From Felis catus (Eukaryota): 64,000 bases of DNA. Numbering within the stretch: the stretch's first letter is position 1; the number at the start of each line of letters is the position of its first letter. Below are positions 37,926-50,245 of this stretch, piece by piece. Where the stretch lies: positions 96,846,001 to 96,910,000 of the forward strand of contig NC_058368.1 in assembly GCF_018350175.1 (NCBI RefSeq). Direction: 5' to 3'. The notes under the pieces were generated by a model, which saw only the letters and a list, made by a program, of their open reading frames with translations, was not told the DNA's origin and did no database searches. The translations under genes were made by a program, and so were the position numbers.

Positions 37926-39785
37926 TAATGAGATACTGCATAAAATGAATTATGCAATAATGTACTTTCAGTATGCAAAAGGTTATTTTGATTTGAATAC
38001 CACTAAATCAACCCTAACAAAACACCATACTATTTGACTCCAGATTGATGGCTGATCTAGAATATGTACTTCTGCTGACCCAAAATGAAAATGCCATCTA
38101 TTTTTCGGTGACTGCTTACCTGATGACATGCGAGTTCAGCCTCATGTGTACTCAAAGAAATTGAGCAAATGGAGAAATAAACATGATAGAAATGACTCAG
38201 AAGATGAAGGGCCATTTGGTCTCTCTTTCAGTTCTGTTTCTTTACTAGACTTCCTCTTCCTTCGACAAGTGAAAATAATGTGGGTAATTCTCCTTCCAAT
38301 CAGACTGGAGAAAGAGGTCAAAGATAGACAAAATAAAATAACAATAGCAAATGTAAATATGAGAGCACTATGACATTACTGGAAACAGAAACCTGTTTCA
38401 ATGAAAAACAATTTCCATCTAGAAAAACACAGTTCATCTTATCTACAAGCTAGGAGTAATGACCTGAGCACACCCACCTTTCTCTCTCTCATCAGCCTCT
38501 CTAGAGATAATATTAAATTATATACAAATGAACTCTTTACCAGCCCTTTACCCAGATCAAGAAGTGTCAGAGGAACTGAGAAATGTTGAGGAATCTCTGA
38601 AAAGAGGAAGACAGAGAATATACGAAATAGGAAACCACAATTTAAAGGGCTTGCAAGTCATTTTACCAAAAAAGATGGGAATGTCTTTGAGGAGGGTCAC
38701 ATATGCTTGTAGTGAGATATGTGGGGAGTAAGAGAAGCCCTCGGGCACCCACCATGCTGACTGGTTAGATACATACAGTGTTTCACTTATTCATTCTACC
38801 CTCAATACACTAGACTAGAAGGGCAAAGGGAAGAATTGCATTTGAAAGGCTGAGTAGAGTCCCAGGGAGCTGGTGTAATCATCTATCAGCACAGGAAACT
38901 CCTTGGCTAGAAGACGAAAAATGCTTTCTTGTCACCCCACAGCAGATACTGCCCTTTTCTCAAAGAAAGAGAATGTTTTTATAGAAGGTCTTTTGTTTCA
39001 TATCAGGAGCTCCAAGTGATTATTTGTAGAAAAAAAATAATTTATCACATCACCTTGGTTCATTTTCCACAATGGGAGAGAGATAAAAATTAGACAGAAA
39101 ACTAGACAGTATATCTGGTTATAGAACATTCATTGAGAATTCATGAGAATGCAAAAAAAAAAAAAGTTGATTCAACAAACATGTCAGTCAGCTTTTATGG
39201 AAGAATATACCTTTACATTCAGTATTAAAAATACAGAACTACAACAAAGCCTTTGAAAATAGATACAAAGAGCTCTTTTGCCATCTTGGAGCCTGGGGAG
39301 GCCTGCTGAGAATAGGACTCCTAAAACAACAAATACGGCTGGAAGGCTACAGTCCAAGGTCATTTTTGCTGGCTATAAGTGGGGTCCCTGGAATCAGAGG
39401 GAGTACACAGCTATTCTCAAAACTGAATATGTTTATGCTCAAGGTGAAATTTAAATCTATCAAGGCAAGAGAAGTGCTTATGTATACAAAGCAAAGAACA
39501 ACACAGTGACTCCTGGTGGCAAGCTGAACAAAACCAGAATAATCCTAGGGAAAGTAACTCATGGTTCATGCCAAATTCCGAAGCACTCTTCCTGTAAAAG
39601 CCATTGGCCATGGAATCCATGTGATGCTGTATCCCTCAAGGATTTAAACTTACTTAAAAGTAAATAAATAAAGGTGTAGCTATGTTCTTTTGATAGATTA
39701 TAGATACATATATACATACATACATATATACCTACATACATAAAATGGAACCACCTTATGATCAAAGTTAAAATGTTGTAACTGA

Positions 39786-39991
39786 GGGGCACCTGGGTGT
39801 CTCAATTGGTTTAGTGTCAACTCTTGTTTTCAGCTCAGGTCATGATCTCACAGTTTGTGAGTTCGAGCCCCACATCAGGCTCTGTGTGATGGTGTGGAAG
39901 TTGCTTGAGATTTTCTCTCTCCCTCTCTCTCTGTCCTTTCCCCACTTGTGCATGCTCTCTCTCTCAAAATAAATAAATACACTTTAAAAAA
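39786..39991 (+). mobile_element. Can-SINE
   Basis: TSD aaaatgttgtaac / aaaatgttatacc. Confidence 0.95.
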
Positions 39992-41818
39992 TGTTATACC
40001 TAGCAACTCTACCCATTAGGTTTTAGAGTAGGTCCAAAGGGCCTATCACCATACATGAATAAAAGAACCTAGCAAGTGGACAGTTTCACATCCATTGCAC
40101 ATCCTAGAATGATATCCCTCTGAAATTTTCCAGCATCTCCCTAATCCCTGTTCCATGATACCTATCAGCCAGTGATATCTGCACCCTCACACAGAAGCAG
40201 CCAAGACTGGGCAGCCACATCCTAAAGTGATCTCAAAGGTGTGTTTTCATCAGTGTGCAGTTCTGTAGGGAGTGTTGGGAGCTTTCAGATATGAGGAGGA
40301 ACTTGTTCAGTTCCCAGTCTGCACAAGCCCTCCACAATCTCAAGCCCACCCTCTTCTCTGGCTAAAGTCACATCTTGTCCCTATTTCCAGTGTGATATAC
40401 AGCCCCTGCCTCCTGTGTTACCCATCACTGAAGTCACTTGATCTCCAGAACCAATATATGCTTGGATGCCTCTATATTTTTCCAGGACATTCACCAATTT
40501 CTGAGGCTGGGCTGTATGGTCTTCATCATCCTCATCCAACCTCAGTACTTCCTGAAACTGGAAACATCTCAAATAGGTGGGGCTCATCTTTGCAATGAGA
40601 TTTTCTCACGGGTTTTGTGTCCTCTGATTTCCCCACAATAAATGGAGTTTTGAGGGTTTGGCTAGCTTTCCCATGTGATGCTTGAGCTTAAAGTCTGGCG
40701 GTGTGAGAGAAGATAGCAAGAGAACTGGAAGATGGAGAAAGAACTACGTGTGTGCAAGACAGGGGATGGGGGCCTTCTCAGGCTTGCAGAAGACATATTC
40801 GATGAAAGACAGGCTTATAGACAGAAGTGATACACTTCACTTAGAATATGTCAGTTCCTCCTGGAGACTTAATCTAGGAAAAGAATTGGCTGAGGCAAGA
40901 AAACTGCGGTTCAAAGCCATGAAGGGACTGTTTGATCTAAGGATCTTATAGATTCTTTTCACAGGGCAAGGCTTCCATATACAAATGTCTTTGGTAAACC
41001 CTAAACACACAAATGTCTAGCATTTTAACAGGATATATGTTACGTACATCTTGAAAACAAGCAGGTATTTATCAAAAGCTAAACACTGAAGCTCTTTCTC
41101 TATTTCCCAATTTTATTTTCACTAACACACACATACAACATGTCTCTCCAAATAATCCTGTCAGTGTCAATATAGATATTTGTACATAAAGCAGATGACG
41201 GCAAACAGGGAAGACATTCACTACTTCAAGTCACTTCTTTTGATCTTTCAAGAGGCAACTTCAGAAGAGACTCCACCCTCAACACTGGGGGTTGAAAAAC
41301 AGCTCTGGAATTCGTGATAGGCTTTCTCCCCTGCCATCTGTGCACCTCAAGGGATCATCTCTGTTCTAATTGCAAATTTTCACCAAGAGATTATGGTCAA
41401 ACTGAATTTAAACAACATGGCGTATCTATCAACCATCCGTAGAGATGGCAGGAGGAGACACAGGCTCTGCAAGTCAAGGTCATGTTAGCGCTTGGCAGAA
41501 GAGGCCGAGTTCCACCCAGCTTCCTAGCGTGGTCCAGATGGTTGTGTTTCTTCAGCATCCTGACTTGTCTGAATGGACCTCGAATGCTTTCTTTTGTTCT
41601 ACTTTGTTTCTCTTCACTGTAAATTCTGTGGAAGGTGTGCAGATGAGGGCCACCAATCTCAGTTTCATTCCTCATAAAGTTTCTGTTAAACAGAATTCCC
41701 TAACTTGCTTTTTCCCATTTCACTCAAGCACAGAAAAACTAGTTTTCCTTTTATGAGCCACTACTGAAGTTAGATGCACACTATAAGTCCATTTTTTGAA
41801 AAAGAAAAAAGACAGACA

Positions 41819-41819
<1 letters not shown>

Positions 41820-41860
<41 letters not shown>

Positions 41861-41913
41861 GAAAGAAAGAAAGAAAGAAAAGAAAAGAAAGAAAGGAAGG
41901 AAGGAAGAAAGAA
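41820..41913. repeat. (AAAG)n/(AAGG)n compound microsatellite
   Basis: direct reading. Confidence 0.97.
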
Positions 41914-42180
41914 ACTTTTATCCACAGGTTACTTTTTCATGAGCTTAGCCATCAAATCCTGACAGATTTTGGTTCTACTGTATCTGTTTTCAAGTGTTCA
42001 TGAGGATTTTGCTTCAGTTAATAAATGAGGTTTTTCACCCAGTCATAGGGCAAAAGCCTCTGACTGTACCACCAAATCTGATGCTCTGACAAAGGGTCTT
42101 CCTTTACAATTCAGCCCCTAATTTCAGCAGAATAAAGTAAAACATCATTTGCTGTAAACCAAAGGTGTTCATATATACTC

Positions 42181-42386
42181 TTTTTTTTTCAAAGTTTATT
42201 TATTTATTTTGAGAGAGAAAGAGAGAGAGGGAGGGACAGAGAGAAAGGGAGAGAGGGAATCCCAAGCAGGCTCCACGCTGTCAGCACAGAGCCCCATCCC
42301 CAGCTCAATGTCAAGGTCCATGAGTCCATGACCTGAGCCAAAACCAAGAGTCGGACACTCAACCGACTGAGCCACCCAGGCGCCCC
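42181..42386 (-). mobile_element. Can-SINE
   Basis: TSD atatatactctt / atatatattctt. Confidence 0.95.
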
Positions 42387-43815
42387 ATATATATTCTTAA
42401 CCTAACTAAAAACAGTATGTCAGTAGTAGCATGTTATGGCTATATTCTAATATTTCCATATTTTAATACTAGCCAGAATATTCACAGAACTAATTAGACT
42501 ACATCAGGCCTACAAACAAGTGCCTGGCAATACCAGATATCCTACATATTTAGTTTCTGGAATTAACGTATGGAAAGGAATAAATTGCAAATTTTAATCC
42601 ATATATAGATGCGTCACATTTGCAAACACCTTATCGGGAAACCAGCACACCCAGAACTCATTACAGAGAGCATTCTATTAGCTTATCAAAAATTCAAAGA
42701 CAAAAATAAATTGTAAATACCAAAGTAATTCAAAATAATTTAAATTACAACTCCAGTTGAGAGACATTTATTATGAATAAAGCATAAAATTACAAGCACT
42801 TTTGAAATAATACAGAAAATATTAAAATTTATCATCTGTACTTTTTATCTATAGTAAGGTGATGTTCCCTGAAAAAAAACCTGGAAAACAGAAATGAGAG
42901 TGGCCTCTTGAAAGTTACCATTACCATTTAAGACCAACTGTTAACAAAAAGATCAAAACAACTTCAGACACAAATTTATCTAATGAAGCAGAATGACCCC
43001 AAAGCCAGTGAAACTGGATTATCACCTGACCTGCTGTCTAAAGAAAAGTGAACTCTATTTGAGAAGATTAATCAAGATATATATTGAAAGTGATCATTCT
43101 CACATCCCTATTTTAAATAAAAAATGGAAAGACAGAAAATAACAATAATAGGATTGTAATCCATATCCATTGGCTTAGAGTTAATATATACGAAACGTCC
43201 TCTTGGTTAATCCATGCACACCAGCTACCGGCTGATTATATTCATGTGGCCACAGGGAGAGACAATATGAGGATCTTATAGACTTCAAATTTCTTAATCC
43301 TGTGTAGTAAATTAATAAATTGTCTGAATCTTACAGGGTATTAACTCTATTCCCTAAGTTTGTCATTTTCAAAGGCAGGAATAGATTTATTTATCATTAA
43401 ATCTTCCACTAGCAGGGCAAAGTCTGAGACATATCACAGTCTTGATAAATATTTTCTGACTGTAAAAATTTTAAGAATTGTGTAATCCAAACACCTTTAG
43501 GGCAACCGAATCACTATGGCAGCAATATTTGTTTAACAAATGGCCAAACGAGAAAATCTGGCTTGAAATATCAGCTGTAAGATGAGGTGTAAAAATGCGT
43601 TCACTTCTGAGAAGTCTCTTGAAGAAGAGACACTATTTCAGGACCATAAGGTCAAGTATCAGATAATGAAAAATGGAAAATTCAACATGGTAATGGATGA
43701 CAACAAATAAATACTGTTGAAAAAGCCCATGTCACCAACTATGAAATGTGTTACAGAACTTGAAGCCAACACTGACCTAAGAAGGGTTGTGCATCTAAAC
43801 TACGCCAAAGGTCTT

Positions 43816-44097
43816 GGGTGCCCGAATGGCTCAGTCGGTTGAGCGTCCGACTTTGGCTCAGGTCATGATCTCGAGGTTTGTAGGTTCAAGTCCCATGTTG
43901 GGGTCCGTGCTGACACGGAGCTTGGAGCCTGGAGCCTGCTTCAAATTCTGTGTCTCCCTGTGCTCGCTTCGGCAGCACATATACAAATTCTGTGTCTCCC
44001 TCCCTCTCTGTCCCTCCTCCCCCCATTTGCTCTCTGTCTCTCTCCTTTCAAAAATAAACAAACATTAAAAAAATAATAATAAATAAATAAATAACAT
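43816..44097 (+). mobile_element. Can-SINE carrying an internal U6 fragment
   Basis: TSD aaactacgccaaagg / aaactacaccaatgg; SINE body split at 43959. Confidence 0.95.
43960..43984 (+). pseudogene. RNU6: Tailless 3'-truncated U6 snRNA retrocopy (U6 nt 1-25)
   Basis: GTGCTCGCTTCGGCAGCACATATAC equals the 5' end of mammalian U6; flanked by the 18-bp direct repeat caaattctgtgtctccct (43942-43959 / 43984-44001). Confidence 0.95.
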
Positions 44098-44779
44098 AAA
44101 CTACACCAATGGTTTTGAGAAGCCATGAATATTTCTCCAAATACCATTAAGTGGAGGAGGAATGACCATGTCCAAATTGGCCTATCTCTCCAACATTTAA
44201 AATAAACATCAGTCATTAAAAACAAATTATGAGAAATTTTAAATTTTAATTTTAAATTTAAATTTAAATTTTGAACTTTAGCCTTGAAAAAAAGTTTATG
44301 TTAGACTTCAACAAACAATTCCTACCCCCACAAAGAAATAATTAGAGCACTTGTACCCTTTATCCGAAGTGTTTCAGGTAAGCAAAACACAAAGTATACT
44401 GTTAGTAATTCCGAATCTACATAACGGTGGCATTAGTAGTCTCAAAAACCAACTATAGAAAAGTATGCAAATTATAGTTTGAAATAGCTATAGAATAAAT
44501 AGCAACTCTAAAAAATCAGGCTCCAGTTCTGATAAGATATAAATCTAGTAAAACTAGCTTGGATCCCTTGGCCAAAATCAACCCTGAAAGAAGTGCAGTG
44601 TGAAAATTCAGAGAAATGTGAAATCCCCAGAATTATGTGGAACTAGTTTGAACTAGTGTTTACATATGTGTATGTAGAAGGCTTCGGGATGGGGAGTGGC
44701 AATGATCTGGGTTTAGGGGTGGAAAATCCATTGGTAGACAAAGTACTAAGTTCTTGCCTTACTGGGAGAGCAGTATAAA

Positions 44780-45165
44780 TATCAACTCAAATCATAAAAG
44801 TAATAAAGAATTAAAAAGAAACAGACAAAGAACCAACTAATAAATTGGTAGTTAGTAAAAATAGGCCCAAGCATATCAATAATGACAATCTATATAAATA
44901 TACTGAATTAGAAAATTAAGTGTTAAGGAGTTATAGGTATATGCTTATAACTTATCGAAAACATAAGAACATGGAAGTATAGGGAGAAAATGGTAGAACA
45001 TGACTTATCTCAGAAATATTAATGAAAATAAAACTAGAATAGCTATCTTAATGTCAGATAAAGGACCTTTTAAGATAAACAGTTCTATTAAGAATGGAGA
45101 TGATCATTACATGATGAAAAGGGCCTCAACTTATCAAAAGAATGTAACAATTTAAAATACAAGCG
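44780..45165 (+). mobile_element. Old L1 fragment (start of the ORF2 endonuclease region)
   Basis: aaactagaatagctatcttaatgtcagataaa...atcattacatgatgaaaagggcctcaacttatcaaaagaatgtaacaatt resemble the ORF2 'AILISDK...HYIMIKGSI' region. Confidence 0.7.
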
Positions 45166-48100
45166 TATAGGTCAACCAAGATGGTGGCTCAGAAGGCTCC
45201 TGAACTCCTCTCTAACCACTGACACACCAAGCAACTTCTTCTGAAAAAAATCCAGAAAGTAGCTGAAAGGTTCCCACACAACAGGCAAATAAGAAAATAT
45301 CCACAGGGAAACAGTTTTGAAAAGCTGAGACAGAGTGTGCCATAAACTCAACTCCTGGCACTATGCCAGACAATCAGGAAGTAACTCTCAACTCTGAGCT
45401 TCTGTCTGAAAAGCAAAGGGTTTGACCTCAAATTTAATACTTCAACATCAAAGACTCTCATCCAAGGCAAAGGCCTCTAAAATCCCTAGCTCTTGAAAGC
45501 CAGTGAAGCTTGTTTCCATAAAACCCCACGTCTAGCAAAAAAGTAGCAGGTTTTAATAGGTGTGCAAGCACTCACCATGGCTACCCACTCAGGGCTCAGC
45601 TTGGAGGGCACAGGGGAAGATGCTCATCTCCTTGTCATAGCACAAAGGTACAAAATCAATTATAAGAAGAAAAGAAAAGTCACAAACACGTGGAAATTAA
45701 ATAACATGATACTGAACAACCAATGAGTGAAAGAATAAATCAAAAGAGAAATCAAAAATATTTTCAGAGAAATTAAAATGCAAATACCACATACTGAAAC
45801 TTATGGGATGCAGCAAAAGTAGTTCTATAAGTCAAGTTCATAGCAATAAATGCCTACCTTAAGAAAAAAAGATAAGGCTCAAATAAACAACCTAATTTTA
45901 CATCCCAAGGAATTAGAAAAAGAACAAATGAAATCCAAAATTAGTGAAAGGAAAGAAATAATAAAGATCAAACTACCAATAAATGATATGGAGACAAAAA
46001 AGATAATAGAAAACATTAATGAAATCAGTGCTGTTTTTTTTAAAACATACCCAACTAGACAAACCTTTAGCTATACTTACCAAGAAAAAAAAGAGAGGAC
46101 TCAAATAAAATTAATTATGAATGAAAGAGGAGACATTCAACTGATGGCCACAGTAATACAAAGGATCATAAAAGATTAGTATGAACAATTTTATGCCAAC
46201 AAACTATAAATGAATAAATTCCTAGAGACATAACCTACCAAGAGTGAATCATTTAGAAATTGGAAATCTGAACAAATTACTAGTAAAGAGACTGAATAAT
46301 TTAAACCCCCCCCCAAAACAAAAGCCAAGGACCAGATGGCCTCACCAGTGAATTCTACCAAACATTTAAAGAAAAATTATTCCCAATCCTCAAATTCCTC
46401 CAAAAAAGTGAAAAAGAGAAAATGGTTCCAGATTTATTTTTCAGGAATTTTATTACCATAATACAAAAACCCAGCAAAAACACCACAGGAAAAGAAAACT
46501 ACAGGACAATATCTATGATAAATATAGTTGCATAAATTCTCAACATAATACTAGGAAACTGAATTAAACAGCACATTCAAGAAATCTTACACCATGACCA
46601 AGTGGATGATCCCTGAGAGGTAATGACGATTTCAACATATGAAAGTCAGTTAATATGATTTACCACATATATTAGAAAAAAGGGTAAAAATCACATAAAT
46701 CATCTAAATTGAGGCATTTGGCAAATTCAATACCCTTTCATGATAAAAGCTTTCAAAAAACTAGGAACAGAAGTGGATTACCACAGCATAATAAAGGCAA
46801 TATATACAAAGTCCACAGCTAACATCATACTCAACAGTGAAAACCTGAAAGCCTTTCCTTTAAGTCCAGCACAAAGCAAGGATACTCAGTGTCACCACTT
46901 CTATTCAATATAGTATTGAAGATCCAGCCAGACCAACTAGATAAGAAAAATAAATAAAAGGCATCCAAATTAGAAAGGAAAAAGTAATATTGCCCTTGTT
47001 TGCAGATGACATAATCTTATATAGAAAACTAAAGACTCTGTAAAAAACTATTATAAGTAACAAACAAATTTAGTAAACTTTCAGGATACAAAATCAATAT
47101 ACACAACTGGTTGTATTTCTATACACAAACAATGAACTACCATAAAGGAAATAAGGGAAACAGTCCTATTTACAAGAGCACCAAAAAGAATGAATTTAAC
47201 TGAGGAGGTGAAGACCAACATGTCAAAAACTACAAAGCAATGATGACAGAAATTAAGATACAAAGAAATAGAAAATCATCTTGTATCTATGAATTGTCAG
47301 ACATACTATTATTAAGAAGTCCATACTACCCAAAGCGATCTACAGATTCAATGCAATCTTTATCAAAATCCCAACGGCACATTTTACATAAATAGAAAAA
47401 CCAATTCTGAAGCTTATATGGAACCACAAAGGACTGTGAATAGGCCAATCAGTCTTGAACAAGAAGATCAAAGCTGAAGGCATCACAGTGACTGACTTCA
47501 ACCATCATTACAAAGCTACAGTAATCAAAACAGTATGGTATTGGCAGAAAAACAGACACAGATCAATGGAACAGAATAAACAGCTCAGAAGTAAACCTAT
47601 GTTATATGGTAAATTCATTCACAAAAAAGCAGCCAAAAATATACAATGGGGAAAGGACAGTCTCTTGAGTGAATGGAGTTGGGAAAACTAAATAGCCAGA
47701 AGCAAAGGAATTAAAATGGAGTCCCATTTCACACAATACCAAAAAACTAAAAACAAAAACAAAAACAAAACAAAAACTCAAAATGGATTAAAAACTTAAA
47801 CTGAAGACCTCAAACTATAGAACAGAGAGAGGGAAACATTGGGGGAAGCTTCAGGACATGGGTCCTGGTAATGATTTCATGGATATGATGCTAAACACAT
47901 ACCCAAAGAACCAAAAATAGAAAAATCAGACTATATCAAACTAAATACTTCTGCAAAGAAAACAATCAACAAAGTCAACCTACAGAATGGGACAAAATGT
48001 TTCCAAACCAGTTTATCTGATAAGGGGTATATTTCCAAAATATATAGGGAACTCTGAGAACTCAACAACAAATACACTAATAAATTTTTGAGAATTTGAG

Positions 48101-48393
48101 AATGGGCTAAAGATTTAGAGAGACATTTCTCCAAAAAAGACATACAAATAACTGACATGTATATGTAAAGATGGTCAATATTAATAACCAAATGAAAAGA
48201 GGCAAATGAAAACCACAATGAGATTTTACTTTCTGCCTATCAGGGTGATTATTATCAAAACAACAAAAGACAACAAGTGTGGAGAAGGATATGGGGAAAT
48301 GGGAACCCTGTACACTGTCAGTCGGAATGCAAAATTGTACGGCTGCTATGAAAAACAGTATGGTGGTGCCTTTAAAGAATAAAAATAGAACTA

Positions 48394-48608
48394 GGGGCGC
48401 CTGGGTGGCTCACTTGGTTAAGCATCCAACTTTGACTCGGGTCATGATCTCGCAGTTTGTGAGTTCAAGCCCTGCATTGGGCTCTGGGTTGACAGCTCAG
48501 AGCCTGGAGCCTGCTTTGGATTCTGTGTCTCCCTTTCTCTCTGCTCCTCTCCTGCTTGTGCTCTGTCTCTTTCTGTCCTCAAAAATACATAAATGTTAAA
48601 AAAATGTA
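48394..48608 (+). mobile_element. Can-SINE in L1
   Basis: TSD aaagaataaaaatagaacta / aaagaatatgaatagaacta. Confidence 0.95.
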
Positions 48609-49100
48609 AAGAATATGAATAGAACTATCATTATGATCCAACAATCCCACTTCTGGATATTTATCGAAAATCATTGGAATAAGGATCTCGAAGAGATAGG
48701 TAGCATTCTCATGTTTGATAGCCAAGATAAGGAAGCAAGTAGATGCCCGTGGATGGGTGAATTAATTAAAAAGGTATATATACATATAATGGAATATTAT
48801 TCAGCCTTCAGAAGGGAAGAAACTGTGCAATATGCAACAATATGAATGAATTTTGAAGACACTATGGTACATGAAATAAGCCTGTCACAGAAAGACAAAT
48901 AATGCACGATTCCATTTATACAAGGAATCTAAAATAGTCAAACTCATAGAATCAGGGAATAGTATGGTGGTCACTCAGCGCCAAGAGGATAGGAAAACAG
49001 GAGGTGTTAACCAATGGGCAAAAAGTTTTGGTTATGCGACATGAGTAAGTTACAGAGATCTGTTATAAACACTGTGCCTGTATTTAAAGATACTGTACCA

Positions 49101-49295
49101 GGAGCACCTGGGTGGCTCAGTCGGTTAAGCATCCGACTTCAGCTCAGGTCATGATCTCATGGTTCGGGAGTTCAAGCCCCACTTTGGCTAACTGCTGTCA
49201 GCCTGTCAGAGCAGAGCCTACTTCAGATCCTCTGTCCTGCTCTCTCTGCCCCTCCTCCACTTGCACTCTCCCAAATAATAAATAAATATTTAAAC
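49101..49295 (+). mobile_element. Can-SINE in L1 (variant with gctgtcagcctgtcag)
   Basis: TSD aaagatactgtac / aaagatattgtac. Confidence 0.93.
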
Positions 49296-49334
49296 AAAGA
49301 TATTGTACTATACAATTTAAAATTTTCAGACGGT

Positions 49335-49545
49335 GGGAGCACCTGGGTGGCTCAGTCAGTTGAGCTTTCAACTTCAGCTCAGGTCATGATCTCATGGCTC
49401 ATGGATTCAAGCCCCACATTGGGCTCTGCACTGACAGCTCAGAGCCTGGAGTCTGCTTCAGACTCTGTGTGTGTGAGTCTCTCTCTGCCCTTCCCCCACC
49501 TGATGTCTCTCTCAAAAATAAATAAACGTTAATTTTTTTTTTAAT
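49335..49545 (+). mobile_element. Can-SINE in L1
   Basis: gggagcacctgggtggctcag head; aaataaataaacgtt tail. Confidence 0.93.
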
Positions 49546-49604
49546 TTCAAAGAGTATATCTCTTGTTAAGTGTTCTTACACCAGTAAAAATTTGGAAAGT
49601 AATA

Positions 49605-49975
49605 ATAAAGTCAGGAATGGTACAAGAATACTGGTCATTACTATTTCCATTCAATATTGAGTTAGAGGCCATAACTAGCACAATAGAAAGAGATGAGAAA
49701 CATAAAAGACTAGAACTGAGGAGAAAAAGCGGTTATATTTGTAAATGATGTAATCAATTGCATAAACACAAAATTATTGATCTATTGACAGTGTGGCTAA
49801 ATACACAGTCAGATGCAAGTCTATACAAGAACAGCAAACAACTAGAAAATTTAATTAAAAGATGAAGACATCATTTGGCATTAGCATCAAAGAATACAAA
49901 GCTAAATACCAAAGAACAGGTGAACCAAAAGGTATTCACGGTCTCCACAATGAAACTGGAGAACATTACAGAAAT
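49605..49975 (+). mobile_element. Old L1 ORF2 fragment (RT region)
   Basis: aagtcaggaatggtacaagaatac...ttcaatattgagttagaggccataactagcacaatag...tatttgtaaatgatgtaat (decayed FADD region). Confidence 0.7.
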
Positions 49976-50065
49976 GAACAGTTTTATCTAACATAAGCCA
50001 ACTGTCTTCTAAATCTCCAGAACACTCTGCTCCAGGGTCTGTGAGGTTCTAGTAATCAGGTTTTC

Positions 50066-50133
50066 AGAGAAAGAAAAAAGAAGGAGGAAAGGAGGGAAGG
50101 AGGGAGGGAGAGAGAGAGAGAGAGAGAGAGAGG

Positions 50134-50188
<55 letters not shown>

Positions 50189-50245
50189 AGAAGAAAAGAA
50201 GGAAGGAAGGAAGGAAGGAAGGAAGGAAGGAAGGAAGGAAGGAGA
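50066..50245. repeat. Compound purine microsatellite (GA)n/(GAAA)n/(GGAA)n
   Basis: direct reading; about 180 nt of pure purines. Confidence 0.97.

Larger units (their letters stand above)
45169..49590 (+). mobile_element. Carnivore L1 with intact 5' end, large internal deletion, decayed ORF2 and 3' UTR
   Basis: 5' end CAAGATGG (45177-45184); ORF2 remnants (45850-46179 QINNLILHPKELEKEQ; LFADD RT motif at 46996-47010; 47455-47691 HYKATVIKTVWYWQKNR); 3' UTR interrupted by three SINEs. Confidence 0.92.

Noticed and set aside
40265..40950. Possible ancient LTR (also about 4480-5000, 10400-10800, 14830-15170)
   Set aside because: LTR-like composition, but I could not match a family or define ends without a Dfam search.
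41774..41962. Lys/Glu/Arg-rich ORF (and the Phe/Ser-rich ORF at 50064-50267)
   Set aside because: Translations of microsatellites.
45850..47691. ORFs with real protein similarity (45850-46179, 47455-47691; also 25525-25722)
   Set aside because: Fragments of L1 ORF2 broken by stops and frameshifts; not functional CDSs.
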